Origin: Octopus sinensis
Lineage: Eukaryota
Assembly (NCBI RefSeq): GCF_006345805.1
Contig: NC_043012.1
Location: 31,310,001 to 31,374,000, forward strand
Direction of reading: 5' to 3'
Length of the DNA: 64,000 bases
Part shown: in pieces, positions 26,745 through 40,410 of the stretch
How positions within the stretch are numbered: the first letter of the stretch is position 1
Layout of the letters: each line of letters opens with the position of its first letter
Translations under genes and position numbers: made by a program
The notes under the pieces: generated by a model
The model's input: the letters and a program-made list of their open reading frames with translations, nothing else
What the model was told of the DNA's origin: nothing
Database searches by the model: none

Positions 26745-27104
26745 GCCGTCCCGGGTCGACCTTGAGTGACTTCAACACAACCAAAGCATTCTATAGGGGA
26801 TTAGTGGAGGGGAGGTACGACGACGATCTTGGGGCAAACCTGGGCGTCGACGAGGAATACCTGACCCGCCTGTTTGAAACGACTTTCGGGCCGGGACCTA
26901 TGGACAACTTCCAGAGATCCATTGACATTTCTGTGATAACGATCCCTATTGATCGATTTTTTTCCCTTTCCTTTTTTTTATCCCCCCTTTTTTGTCCTCT
27001 TTCTTTCCTTTTACGACCCCTTTTGATCGAAAACCCCAAAAGAAAAGCTCTACCTTGTAATTTGTCCTGTCTGTGTGCAGCCCTGTGTGGCCAATAAAGA
27101 AATA
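26742..27104 (+). mobile_element. Tx1/L1-like LINE fragment (ORF2 C-terminal piece fused to 3' UTR), copy 1
   Basis: [44 protein letters not shown] (region just before zf-RVT), then pyrimidine-rich UTR ending aataaagaaata. Confidence 0.7.
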
Positions 27105-27181
27105 TATCTAGGAGAGTTTACGAAAAAAACAAAAGACAAAGACATGTGATGTACAAAACAAACAGATGTAATAGAAAAAGT

Positions 27182-27217
27182 CTTTTACGTTTCGAGCCTA
27201 CACTCTTCTACAGAAAG
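27182..27217 (-). ncRNA. Variant minimal hammerhead-like motif in PLE-type repeat P3 (duplicate at 27923-27958)
   Basis: CUUU-CUGUAGA-A-GAGU(GUAG)GCUC-GAAA-CGU-A-AAAG; core A6 replaced by U. Confidence 0.5.
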
Positions 27218-27306
27218 GGACACAGAAAAAAGCAAGGAGAGAAACAAGAAGAGAAAAAAGGAGAGAAAAAAGGAGAGCAAAAAGGAGAGAAAAAAGGAGA
27301 GAAAAA

Positions 27307-27349
<43 letters not shown>

Positions 27350-27412
27350 TCTATCTATCTATCTATCTATCTATCTGTCTGTCTGTCTGTCTATCAATCT
27401 ATCTATCTATCA

Positions 27413-27482
<70 letters not shown>

Positions 27483-27485
<3 letters not shown>

Positions 27486-27845
27486 GCCGTCCCGGGTCGA
27501 CCTTGAGTGACTTCAACACAACCAAAGCATTCTATAGGGGATTAGTGGAGGGGAGGTACGACGACGATCTTGGGGCAAACCTGGGCGTCGACGAGGAATA
27601 CCTGACCCGCCTGTTTGAAACGACTTTCGGGCCGGGACCTATGGACAACTTCCAGAGATCCATTGACATTTCTGTGATAACGATCCCTATTGATCGATTT
27701 TTTTCCCTTTCCTTTTTTTTATCCCCCCTTTTTTGTCCTCTTTCTTTCCTTTTACGACCCCTTTTGATCGAAAACCCCAAAAGAAAAGCTCTACCTTGTA
27801 ATTTGTCCTGTCTGTGTGCAGCCCTGTGTGGCCAATAAAGAAATA
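27483..27845 (+). mobile_element. Tx1/L1-like LINE fragment, copy 2
   Basis: Duplicate of 26742-27104. Confidence 0.7.
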
Positions 27846-28048
27846 TATCTAGGAGAGTTTACGAAAAAAACAAAAGACAAAGACATGTGATGTACAAAAC
27901 AAACAGATGTAATAGAAAAAGTCTTTTACGTTTCGAGCCTACACTCTTCTACAGAAAGGGACACAGAAAAAAGCAAGGAGAGAAACAAGAAGAGAAAAAA
28001 AGGAGAGAAAAAAGGAGAGCAAAAAGGAGAGAAAAAAGGAGAGAAAAA

Positions 28049-28130
<82 letters not shown>

Positions 28131-28132
28131 CA

Positions 28133-28227
<95 letters not shown>

Positions 28228-28689
28228 ATGCACACACATATACATTATAATTGCCGAACACTTAATATTAAATGAAGTCAATAAATTTACTTTCAATTGT
28301 AATTATCAGTGATCTTAATGTTCATCCACTGTTACCTCAATTCAGCTGCTATATTAATAAGATCAACGATAAATAAACCTTCGAAAATAAATGAAATACA
28401 AACAAAAGTCGTAAAGGTAATGAAAACGACCGTATTAATTTTCTTTTATGTATTTCAGGATACATTATTAATAATGAATTTTTTATATCTATTTGTGAGT
28501 CTCCAGAATTTCATCGGAATTTTCACCATTAGTAGTAATTAACGCTTCATTTGCTTCCTGTAAAGACCTCCAAATCTTGGTTTGCTTTTGGCTTTTAATT
28601 TATAATATATTTCTTCAACGCACATATAGATACACGACTTTCAGTATATACGTACACTTGCAAACATATCTACGCGCACACACATATTC

Positions 28690-29170
28690 ACATAAACATA
28701 TACAAATATATATATGTATAAGGATGAAAAGGAACACATGAGTTGATATATATGGAAAAAAAAGTCAAGATAGAAAATGCTAAAATAATTTTATAAAAAA
28801 CATTTCAGTACCGGTTTCAGTCATTGAGACTTTTTCAACTGTAACAATTAAATAATTAAATTTTAAAAAATTAAAAGAAAAGTTTTTTTAAAAGAATATT
28901 TGCATAGTATTCAAATACAAGTGGCATTTTCCTTGTTTCTGTCTGTCTCTGTCTCTCTTGTTTACTCTTGTGGGTTCGAGGTATAGGGTTCCAGTTTTCT
29001 TGGTATCCTCCTGGAACTGAATAAAAGAATTTTAGGTGTATATAAGACAGTTACCTACCTTGCGTTTCAATGTAAGAAGGAATTTACTGTAAATAAATTG
29101 TATACTGTATCCAGTACTCACAGCTTCCGCAATATATAAATACTTTCACCCCCATTGGAAAAACGTTGTT
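28690..29170 (-). mobile_element. PLE-type terminal repeat with degenerate hammerhead-like motif (28806-28841)
   Basis: CAG-UUGAAAA-AGUC(UCAAU)GACU-GAAA-CCGGU-A-CUG with palindromic ACCGGU stem III. Confidence 0.45.
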
Positions 29171-30329
29171 CTCAGAATTCAATTATGTATGTATCTATAT
29201 ATATGTTTGTATGTACACATGTATGCATGTAGGAATGTATATATGTATATAAATACATATAAGTACACACACTCCCCCTACACACATATTTAAGTTTTAG
29301 CAAAATTAATTTGATAAATTCATAATATTTGAAGAAAGATTTTCTTTAAAAGTTAACTATTTAAAAAAATTAAATTAAAAAACAAAACAAAAAAAAAACA
29401 AACGGAATGACATGTAGCTTTTTGAATTAATTTTTCCTATTATGGATGTAAGCACTTTTGCTGTCCAGTTTTTCAGATACATGTGCTATGGAGTAATCCG
29501 TATAGAGAAAGTTGATTTTAGTAGTGTAGTGATGTTGACCATTTACGGTTTAGAATTTCACTTATACGTATTTTGTTGATTCTATCGAACTTACATATGA
29601 CAGGTAATTTTACGAATGTCAACATGATGTGTTACACTTTCTTTCGATAAGGAAACCTTATAAATTGGAACTTGGATTAATTGCAAAGATTTTCATGTAA
29701 ATGTCAGCAGATATTTTAAGCACGAATTTAAAACAGAAAAATACCAACTGCTTTGATTCGAACTTCGTATACATTACTTGCTTTGTAACTTTTTAACAAA
29801 TATTCTTCAGAGTTATGTTGGATATTAGAAGTAAAAATATTTAACGTATCGAATTTCGGATATCTGAGATCTCCCATAGGCCTGTTGCTATTTTTTTTAC
29901 TCAAATATTTAAAATATCTTGTAACATTTGCATTTACGTCTTAGCAAAGAATGTTAAAAGTTTGTTGATATTGAAGAATACTGAATTTGTTATGTCTATA
30001 GCTTCTCTTTATCCTGTCGTAATTGAAAACTTTAAAACACTGCTTATTTGTTTAAATGAGACGGATTATTGATTTTTAGTTTTACATTGTACTCTTCTAA
30101 GCTCTTTCAAACTAAAATTATTGTTTAAGTACTCTATTTTCTACACCGTTCACACAACCAGATCCAAATTCTACGAAGCTATTACTGTCTGCTCATATTA
30201 AATCTCACTAATCACCGCCTTATAACAACTTCTTGACACACATTGCCCCACTTCCTTGACCCCATGGTGCTTTAATACTGTTGACGGGTCAGAGGTAACC
30301 TGAATTCTATTCAGTATCCTTGGCAGCTA

Positions 30330-31000
30330 TATATGCTGCAACAATAGCTATTCAAGGTAATTTAAAATGTCCTCTTCTATTTGAAATATCGTTCCACCTC
30401 ACCTGTTCCTCCAAACATATTGGGTTTTGTCTTTCAACGCACCATGTACGATTAATAACTGTATGTTAAAGCGTACAGTATGATCCACAGCTAAATAGTA
30501 ACATGGTATAACTAGAAAAACAGATCTCTCACTCGTTCTAAATTGTTGGGCCGATTATCTGCATGCATTACGTGATTAAAGCCAACCTCATCCGTCTCTA
30601 TTCTGTTTGCCCCCGTCAGATCGCATCAAAGCATCACATACTGTTGGAACTCTCTTGACACTCTATCAACTCTCGTGTGAATCTGGGTAGGCTCATGTGC
30701 TTCACTCTCTTCATAACATTAATGACCTATGTTCTTAATCTCCAACAGCACCAACTCATACACATATGATACTACCCTTCACTCGTTCCTAATTTTCTAC
30801 GCAGAAAGGTCATACTACATGCAATCCAAATACCTCATCACAAATCTGCAATTTCTGCTTGAAAAGAAAAATGGGATCATATCCGTTTGTTATTATTTAA
30901 CAGCACAAACACAAAAATCACTGCACGTACGATGGAATTCTGTTGTATATCACCCCTATTAATCGTAATCACCACTCAACGAAAGTCTACAAAACATTGC
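30330..31000 (+). pseudogene. Highly degenerate CR1-group LINE reverse transcriptase
   Basis: Relic motifs in order: KYRST (~NYRPI), SINSRVNLG (~SINSGVPQG), INDL, SYTYDTTLHS (~SYADDTTLHS, 30759-70), TAQTQKSL (~ASKTQ). Confidence 0.55.
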
Positions 31001-31249
31001 TACAAGTCATTGAATATCTTTTCTGTCCATCACAGATGCAAAAATAAAAAAAAACCCAAAACAATCCAGGGTGATGGACTGGCGGGTGGAACTGTTAGGT
31101 GCCATAAGGGATCTGTTCGGGATCTCTGCTTCCTGATAACAAAGCCTGCTACGATGCTGATGCCTTACTATATCGGCCTAAATCGAGGTCCTTTTGTTGA
31201 TTAATGACTTCGAGAATGAAAGGTTAGAATTCATGGGAAACTACCAGTC

Positions 31250-31505
31250 TTCCTAAAAAAAACCCCCAAAAAATTCATGGTCAGCATTGGCCAACGAAGG
31301 CCCTGCTGTTTAATCCTGGGCAATTCATGATCAAGCAAGCCTATGATCAGACGCATTCCAACCATGGCAGTCCCGTTTTCTTTCTAAACGAAGGAATACC
31401 AGGACCACATTGTCCAGTGTGTCCTTTACCAAGAGGATGGTGTATGATTTGAATGACATTTAGCTGCTATTTGCAGCAGGTCAAGAGACCATGTAGAAAC
31501 TGCCT
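31250..31505 (+). repeat. Unclassified repeat ending ...ttagctgctatttgcagcaggtcaagagacc
   Basis: The tail motif recurs at 31680, 47930, 48230 and 48487. Confidence 0.4.
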
Positions 31506-32459
31506 AGAATTTTATCAAATTTCTTTCAACTGGAAGTTTTTCAAATTTTCACCAGCCTATTTTTTAAAAAATGTATTTATGATGTAGTTTTGAAAAACAA
31601 AACAAAATCAAACCAAACTACGTTTCCTACTGTGTGGTCTTTTTGTTTCTAGACGTTATGGTATAGTTTAAGCAACATTTGGCTGCAATTTCTAGCAGGT
31701 CAAGAGTTCACGTAAACGTTTTGTCTTCTTGTCTTCGTTGTCTTATCCTGGTCTTTGCTCATTTCCAAGATAACAGACTCTCGCGACTTCCAGTATGCTG
31801 GCAATTGATACTTTCGATTGGCTAAAATTACATTAGTTAAACGCTTGTAACTTATTAATTTCTTGAAAAAAAAAAGAAAAAAAGAATGCGATTTTCGTAA
31901 TTAGCATGCAAAACTACATCAAAACTACATTTTTGCAAATAATATAGTGAAAATTTTAAAAACTTCAAGTAGCAGGAAGAAATTTAAGATCTGCAAGCTA
32001 GTTGCTTCGTTAACGCTGCTGTAAACGGCAGCTGTTTTTTTTATGTTTATAGTAGTGGTATTGTCGTCACTGGAACGGCTGCTATTGTTATTGTAATTGT
32101 TATCGGCGCCAGATTTGGCAGTTGTGTTTCTGTTGAGAATGTTGTGCAGGAGCTGACGACCACTACCATCTCCCCTCCTCCGCTGGTGTAGCATTACGAT
32201 GTGGTTTCAATCTGTGTTTCTCCATCTTTCAAACATTTTCTCATGGAAACTCTTTGTGATTTTCTTTCTTTTCACAAATAAAGGGAACAAACAGAGAAAA
32301 AAACTAATCTACTTCCTTTCCCGCTACTTCTTCTCAGTTTTATTACTAACGCAGTCGACAAGATTGAACGCTAGCTCATTAATAACCGGGAAAACAAACA
32401 ATAATTTGAGTAAAATTTATGTAGCGACAAAACAACGCGATAGTCTCATTGAAAACAAG

Positions 32460-32625
<166 letters not shown>

Positions 32626-32629
32626 ACTA

Positions 32630-33215
32630 AGGTATCTGTATAAATGCCCTGATGCAGTACCAGGTAGTGGCTCTCGTGGCTTCTGATCTTAACTGATTGG
32701 AAGTGTTATCATGTACACTGTTTTGTCTTGGTATAAAAGATGGGCTACAGCAAATATTCTGCTCAATACCACAGATTTGCTTGTCAGTTGTTTGACCTTA
32801 ATCAGTTGACCCTGTACTTTAATGGCTGACGATATGTGAATCTCTCATCACGAGCAGAAGTAGTGGGGGAGCATCATAACCATGTGTTGAGAGGGATTCT
32901 TTGGGGTTTGAATAATTCACATCTGGAAATATTGGTGTTTCAGTCAACATCCTTAAACAATCCTTATTCAGGGACCTTTTGAGCGGGATGGGTTACTCGA
33001 TCTGAAGAAAATTCTAATTGGGCCCCACCTGCAAGATCATGTGCTGTTTATCTTGATATGAGATCACCATGTCGTGCACATAAGGTTGTGATGCATTTGC
33101 CTAGTGTACCCTTATCAGACGGGTAGTCATGATGGGTATACTGGGCTTCGTATATTTAACTCCAGTGTCACTTTGATGGCATGCACTGCTCTCTCACGCA
33201 ATAATAATAATAATA
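32630..33215 (+). mobile_element. Unclassified ~580-bp element flanked by (AAT)n
   Basis: Sharp GC-richer block between two (AAT)n runs; single copy in this window, so repeat status is an inference. Confidence 0.35.
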
Positions 33216-33354
33216 ATTTCAATTATTAGCCACTAGGGCCGACATATAGGGGGCGATACAGTAGACATGGACTGTGGGGATTTTACACAGAAACAACGAG
33301 TACACAATTAAAAGAACAACAATGATATCCAACAAAAGAATATAACAATGAAAG

Positions 33355-33726
33355 TTCCTAGTTGATATGACCGGTGTGTCCTGGAGCTCTTGCCACCGAA
33401 TTTTGAGCGAGAAATTGCGAATAGAAAAAAGTTGCAGCAAATTTGTGCTTCACTTGCTCACGGATGACCAAAAGAATGCGTGTCGTGAACTGAAAGAACA
33501 GCCGGAAGTTGATCCGGGCCGTCTTTCGAAGGTCATCACTGGAGACAAAAGTTGGTCCTTCGGAATTTGCAGATATGGAAGAGGCGAAAAAAAATACACG
33601 GAGGTATTAAAAGGCATCATTTCACAAGAGTTCCAGCACTGGTACGAACAGTTTAAAATGCGTCTGGACCAAGGCATTGCTTCAAATGGAGAATACATTG
33701 AAGGCGATAGAAGCGTAAACATGTAA
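33355..33726 (+). pseudogene. Internally deleted mariner (Mos1/SETMAR-type) transposase
   Basis: VSWSSCHRILSE...KFV.HLLTDDQK...VITGDKSW joined directly to the C-terminal FQHWYEQFK.RLDQGIASNGEYIEGD. Confidence 0.85.
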
Positions 33727-34224
33727 AACTAAATTTTAACTAAGTCTGGTGGATAGCAGAAACGTGCAGTTATTCTAAGTAGTTTTGCGATATTTAGTTA
33801 CCTTACACTCCATTCCGAATTGAATCGACTTTATCCCCCATTTGATATTGCAATCTCTTACAAATAGGAATCGTTATTTAATTTTTGACTATGCTCATTG
33901 TGAAATCTGTATCGATAAAATAGGTACCAGTGTCTACAGGTAATTAAATATAATTAATACCTTTTGCTACCATCGCTATATATTCAGTAAATACTGATCT
34001 CAACTAAACTGCCTTTATATAAACCTTCACCTCATGCCTCAGTTAAAAACCGACATTGTTACTGGTATAATCCACACTACACACCATGAATAGGTGATTA
34101 AACTACAATTATTTATATTAGCGTGATGAGATCACATACTATTTGAAGAAAAGGATTTATTTGTCTTCGACACCTCACAGGTATTAATTTATTCAATCCA
34201 AGGCTGACGGTAAGTGCAGTATTT

Positions 34225-34448
34225 GAATATTGATTTCAAATTTTGGCACAAGGTAAGTAATTTTGGTGGAGGGAGTAAGTCGATTACATCGAAACCAGTG
34301 CTCAACTGGTACTTATTTTATTGATCCCAAAAGGGAAGAAAGGCAAAGTCAACCTCGGTGGAATTTGAACTCAGGACGTTAAGACGGACGAAATGCCGCT
34401 AAGCATTTTGACCGGTGTGCTAACGGTTCTACTAGATCGCCACTTTCA
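34225..34448 (-). mobile_element. SINE family B2
   Basis: tttcaaattttggcacaagg...ggaatttgaactcagg. Confidence 0.85.
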
Positions 34449-35640
34449 GGATTTGAATATTGATAATTATATATTTAAAGTTTATGGAATCCTTGAAAAA
34501 AATCGGTTAAATGTCTCACGTTAATAATGTTTGTTATTTATTAGAAACCAAAGTAATTTGTGACATTCACTTATTTAAAGTTGGTTGTTGTATAGAAGAC
34601 TTGTACGACCAATTCGTAGAAAAATTACCGTTTCTGATACTTTGCAAACTCATCTTATCGTATTAATCATTTTCTGACAGGAGCTGAATCTCAACGAAGA
34701 TCTCCATAATTACTTAGCAATTTTTTTTTGAGGGATTTATTTTAATAATTTATTTGCAAAGTTTCATTTACTGCTTTCATTTTTACGGTTTTGCAATTTC
34801 AACTTAAATAAGTTTGAAGCAACTCCGCTTCATTTTTACATATAAGTTGATTATCGAGAACGACAGAACACTTACTATTTGGAAATGGGGTAATACACCT
34901 GTTACTTTAAGAACAATTTTGGATAAAAGAGATTAGCTCGTATCTTTGTGTTGCATTATTAACCGGTTGTTAATAATCATCATTCAGTTTATATTCAGTT
35001 TCTATTTAGCTCAATGATATAATTACTACCCTAATACAAAGTTACCTAGTTATTGTTTCCTCTGTGTGCTAACCATATCGACAGCAGCAATGTATTATTA
35101 CAAAACTGCTTATCAATTTTATGTCACACTAGTGAATTAAACACATGCGCCTCTGTTGAATTTCACCACCAACATTACAGGTATTAATCGTGTATAATTT
35201 TCAAACTGCTATACAATAATTAGGCCTTGAATTGACTTAGCTATGCTAGATTTATAGTTGGGGACTTTTCTATACGGTACTCCCATAGATCAATTTCTAT
35301 GCACAAATTTATTCAGAATATCAACTGCGAACGTCTATACCAAATCTGTGACATTTAAAAGACAGCCTACGACATTCTGGATATATCTTTGATCTTACTG
35401 TAATAGTTTTAATGCCAAACTGGATTGGCATTAACAACTATTATCAACATCTCGTCGAACTTGCTCGGATTTGTCTGACTCGTGAATTCATTTCGAGCTC
35501 TCAGAGCATTCATCACTGATGGTAGTGATGGAGGTCTGCCGGGCAACATCCCGTGTCCTTGCAGAGTTTGTCAATAAAACGCTTTTGCTGGATGACCACT
35601 ATGTACACACAAGTCAGAGTGTCTTTACAAGTTTATCATT

Positions 35641-36280
35641 AACTAGCAGAGATACCCGGCGTTGCCCGTGTTACATACAATTGAAGAATTAGACTTTTCT
35701 GTTATATTTTCTCTAATGAACTGGAATATCTATGTTTCGGATTTCATCAAAATTGCAGATGAGGGTTATATCCCTCTTTACACACCCAAACAAAATTGTA
35801 ATCGTGCCACATATATCCCATACCACTGATTTTTATGCGCATATTCCCAAAATTCCAGTCTTATTGAACCTGTTAAAAAGATTTTGCTCCTGAAAAACGA
35901 AGGTCATGGAGCTCTAAAATGTGAGAGTTAAGGCCCCTGTTGGGGGTGGGCATCTTAATGTCAACCAGAGAAGTTGAATTGTTGAGAATCTTTTAAAATT
36001 GGGACTTATATCTATTGATTGAATTTCTTTGAAATAGGAAATATATGTTCACTGGGTTTGTAAAAGAGAGCAAAGCTACAGGAAACCAAAAAACGAATGA
36101 TCACAACAAGCAGTCAGTTACCCTACCCTAGTCGTTACCACTCCCAATGTAGGATTCCTCACCATCCAGGTGACAGGCACAGCCGTAAGATGCATTACGT
36201 ATCTATAGCAATTGGAAAGGCGTGACCCAACTGAAATAAACATTAACAACTGTGTGGCGTGAGGGCTAATTTATATTTAT
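35641..36280 (-). mobile_element. Helitron-like non-autonomous element
   Basis: Reverse 3' terminus cgggcaacgccggg-tatctctg-CTAG|T at 35643-35670; right boundary uncertain. Confidence 0.5.
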
Positions 36281-36559
36281 TTTATATTTATATTTGTATT
36301 TATATTTTTATTAGTATATGATACTTATATATTACTGAATTTTTAAATTTCTAATATGTCGGACTGTATGGATATAAACTAGTATATAAGATTTGCATGT
36401 GTTTGGTCTATCTTTGAATTTTGTGGTGTTCCTGTGGTTGTTGCTCCTATTGCCTCCCCTTGGATAAAAAAGTGTATACAGCTCATTGGAGCACTTCTAT
36501 TTCCAATCCGTTGTATATCTTGAGTGTTGTTGTCACTCAAGATATAACTTTATATTTTG

Positions 36560-36638
36560 TAATATATATATATGTTTATATATATATATGTGTATATATA
36601 TATATGTATATATATATGTGTATATATATAGATGTGTG

Positions 36639-36674
<36 letters not shown>

Positions 36675-36811
36675 TGTATATTATATATATATGTATATAT
36701 ATATGTATATATATATATGTATATATATATATATGTATATATATATGTATATATATATGTATGTATATATATATGGATAAACTGGCAATATGACCATTCC
36801 GAAATATAACA

Positions 36812-36862
<51 letters not shown>

Positions 36863-36899
36863 ATATATATATATATATACAAAAACATATATATATTTG

Positions 36900-36947
<48 letters not shown>

Positions 36948-36960
36948 TATATATACATGT
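36560..36960. repeat. (TA)n/(TATG)/(CA)n microsatellite complex
   Basis: Directly visible. Confidence 0.95.
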
Positions 36961-37774
36961 ATAAAGTAACCTTTCAATTAGTCTCTTTATTTAAAGTTCC
37001 ATGATAGTTAGTTTTAAAATTGCACATTAATTCTCTAGATTTAACAATAATTAATTTGTGAGGAATTGAGCACGAAGAGGAATTTCTGTCTGTTCTCAAC
37101 GTTATAGTACGTAGTTTGTGCTGTCTAAGGAGATGATGTTTGGTTTCAAACCGGATATTATGAAATATTGCGTAACCAGAGAGATTGGTATTTTTTTTAT
37201 GAAAGCACATATGTTATTTGAATCCAGAATTAATCATAACAAGTCTTTTTACTCACTAATTTGATATATATATAATTTGATACACACACAGATACACGGA
37301 CACAGATACATATATACATACATGAAAACATATGTCAAGTGTAAATACAACAGTCCGGATATTGTTGTTTAGGAAAGACAAGAAACAATATGTATTGTCA
37401 AAGAGGTCAGCTGTACTGCTGATGTGAATATCTCTTAGAAATAAAAGAGACAAGATAATTACGGACAGCTGCTCCGAAAGCTCCAGCTTCTATATCCGGA
37501 TTATAAATTTACATTTATATCAATAATAACTGGTGCACTTGCTTCTGTAAGTAACTGCCTCTCAGTCTAGATAAGCTTGGGTTTTCAGAAAAAGAAATTA
37601 ATAAACTGATTCACACATTATAAATACAATCTGTAACAGAACAGTAAAAATATGCAAGACTTTTCTCAGTTTTAAAAATGTGACATTGTTTTCGGAGCTT
37701 TGTATTTTCGTTAGAAACCAACTCCTTCTTCGAAGGAAGAATTTAAATAATTAAAAACGGAAAAAAACATACAC

Positions 37775-38036
37775 ATATACAAACCAACCAACCAACCAAC
37801 CAACCAACCAACCAAACAACCAACCAAACAACCAACCAACCAATCAACCAACCAACCAACCAGCCAACCAACCAACCAACCATCCAACCAACCAATCAAC
37901 CAACCATCCAACCAACCATCCAACCAACCAACAAATAAAACAAACAAATATACATACATACATACATACATACATACATACATGCATACATTCATATGTA
38001 TGGGCATGTATTTGTGCACACACACACATATAATAT

Positions 38037-38080
<44 letters not shown>
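37775..38080. repeat. (ACCA)n, (CATA)n and (TA)n microsatellites
   Basis: Directly visible. Confidence 0.95.
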
Positions 38081-38083
<3 letters not shown>

Positions 38084-38584
38084 GGGGTAAATAATTACTT
38101 CGATGTTTTTTCAGACAACCAACAATTATTTACCGGTAGATTTCGGTATGTAAATATGACTTTTAGCGTCGGGAACTTCTGTGAAGTTCTGTATATATAG
38201 TATATAAGTGGAGGGGCAGGCAATAGGTTGCTTTGCCGCATACCGAAAGAATTAGAAATAGCAGTCAACGACTGTTTTCTACAAGTGGGGCTCCATATAC
38301 GACATAACCCTGCAATTCACATGTGCAAAAAATGTGGAATAAGTAAACGAAAGCATTGCCTTACCGTTAATAGCGAACATGTTTCTAGATCGGAGGTGAG
38401 AAAAATTACCTCATGTCTTTCTTCAGCACTATCTTCGTTAGATTTATCAAATGCCACCGACCTCCACCTTTGACCATGCGACATCAAATGATGGGAGAAA
38501 GTGAGCACAGGCTAAATCTATGTAGGCGATTGAATCCGTAAATTTTCCCTCCAAAATTCTGCCATGCACACTACAGGGGTATAT

Positions 38585-38843
38585 ATGGTGCGGTGAATAA
38601 ATTGTCGTCTTAATTTCGAAAAAATGAAATAACATTTCATTGTAACAGATATATATATATATATACTAAACTTACATAAAAATATCTCGAAATACTAAAG
38701 AGTACATTTATTCAATAAAATGTATTCAATAAAATCGCCATTGACTTCAAACGCGACCTCCAGACGATTTCAGAATCTCTTGCAACTCTTCTGGACAGTC
38801 TCCTTTTTAAGTACGTGAATGCTACCATAATCCTTGCCTTCAG

Positions 38844-38848
<5 letters not shown>
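38585..38848 (-). mobile_element. Tc1/mariner-superfamily transposon 3' end
   Basis: ELKARIMVAFTYLKKETVQKSCKRF*NRLEVAFEVNGDFIE, a typical Tc1-type C-terminus; truncated by (TA)n. Confidence 0.7.
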
Positions 38849-38883
<35 letters not shown>

Positions 38884-39490
38884 GCAAAAACAATTAAGAT
38901 TCAAGTGAATTCCAATGAATTCAAATGAATATGGTACTTAACTTAGATGCACCAGAATTCTTTATGGTATTAACCATAAAATAATGTGGGGTGATTATAA
39001 TGTGGGGTGAAATGAACCTGCGTGCGACCAGTAGCTTTCCTCATGTCTCCAGAAATTATACCTACATTTTTATGGATGGATTCACCTTCTCTGGGAAGTT
39101 AGCAATCTTTTCAAAAACTTTTTATAGAACTGTGCATCATTAGAAAGCATTTTAAGTCTGCTTATAATTTGACTGTAAATTTCATAGAACTCACTCCTAA
39201 TACTTCATGAGGATAGTCGCACTCTCTAGGATGTCTGGAAAACATATATGTGATTTAGCTGATGAATACTGGACATTTTTATTTGCTGCAATATTTGCAG
39301 CTTCAAATAAAATTGCTCTTAGTATGAAACAATTGTACTAAACTACTAATCCATTCTTGTTGCTTTTTTTCTTGGTTATATATATATATATATATTAATC
39401 AATTTAGGGTAGCAAAAAATTCAGTAAAAAATTATCGCTACCAGCGGCCTAGTGGAAAAGAGAAAATAGTCAAAGACTAAATATATATAA

Positions 39491-39677
39491 ATATAACAAT
39501 TTAGGAATGGCCTAAACAGGCCATTCGTCCACCAGAAAGAGCAGCCAGAACTCAAACCGCCAAGTAGTGCAATTCGGAAATAGCACTACTAATTTCCGAA
39601 TTGCACTACTTGGCGGTTTGAGTTCTGGCTGCTCTTTCTGGTGGACGAATGGCCTGTTTAGGCCATTCCTAAATTGT

Positions 39678-39682
<5 letters not shown>
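39491..39682. repeat. Perfect inverted repeat with 91-bp arms and 10-bp spacer, in a family E-related element starting at ~39395
   Basis: 39491-39581 is the exact reverse complement of 39592-39682. Confidence 0.95.
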
Positions 39683-39735
<53 letters not shown>

Positions 39736-40074
39736 TCTACATCATTCTTACTACCCTATTTACTTACCCAATATCATTATTCCCTCACATCTGGGTTTTT
39801 TCTTTTTTCTTTTCTCTGCCTAATCATAAGACATTACGCATTTTCTGTTTTGCTGAATTTTATTACATACCTGAGTTAATTTTTCCTCTGATTCGTATGT
39901 TCTAAGCTCTGTCCCTTGTTATACCCACTAACTCTGTGATGCTTACAATCATTGGCACAGCCGAATGAGTAGTATCATGGCATTAAGTCTCCTGATATAA
40001 ATGTACCAATACTATGCTGATTCGAGAACCGGTGACTGACGGAAGTTATACCATGTCTAATTGTCCGTTTCTAT

Positions 40075-40205
40075 TGCCCAGTGGTTAAGGCAGCGGACTC
40101 GCGGTTGCTGGATCGCGGTTTCGATTCCCAGACCGGGCGTCGTGAGTGTTTATTGAGCGAAAACACCGAAAAGATCCACGAGGCTCCGGCGGGGGGTGGT
40201 GGTGA
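40075..40205 (+). mobile_element. tRNA-headed SINE 5' fragment (further family)
   Basis: cccagtggttaaggcagcggactc...ggtttcgattcccagaccgggcg. Confidence 0.65.
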
Positions 40206-40209
40206 TCAA

Positions 40210-40410
40210 AATGTGACCGCTTGTGTACCGTTGGCGATTTTTTTCCTCCGTCTTCCCTTCTTTGGATCTTTCCTTTTCCTATGTTTCTGACGAAGAGCTC
40301 CGCTCGAAACGTTAAACCCTCCTTCTTTCCTTTCCTGAGCGTCCAATAATACTATACTTGTTCCACGTCCTCGCGTTGTTGTGATTTCTCTTTGTGTTTT
40401 CATGTTGGAT

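Larger units (their letters stand above)
26742..28228 (+). repeat. Tandem duplication, 741-bp unit x2, bounded by (TATC)n
   Basis: 26742-27482 and 27483-28228 differ only in homopolymer and microsatellite lengths as far as seen. Confidence 0.95.

Noticed and set aside
38220-38560. Short ORFs with Cys/His (HMCKKCG) as a zinc finger or exon
   Set aside because: No consistent finger spacing and no recognisable family
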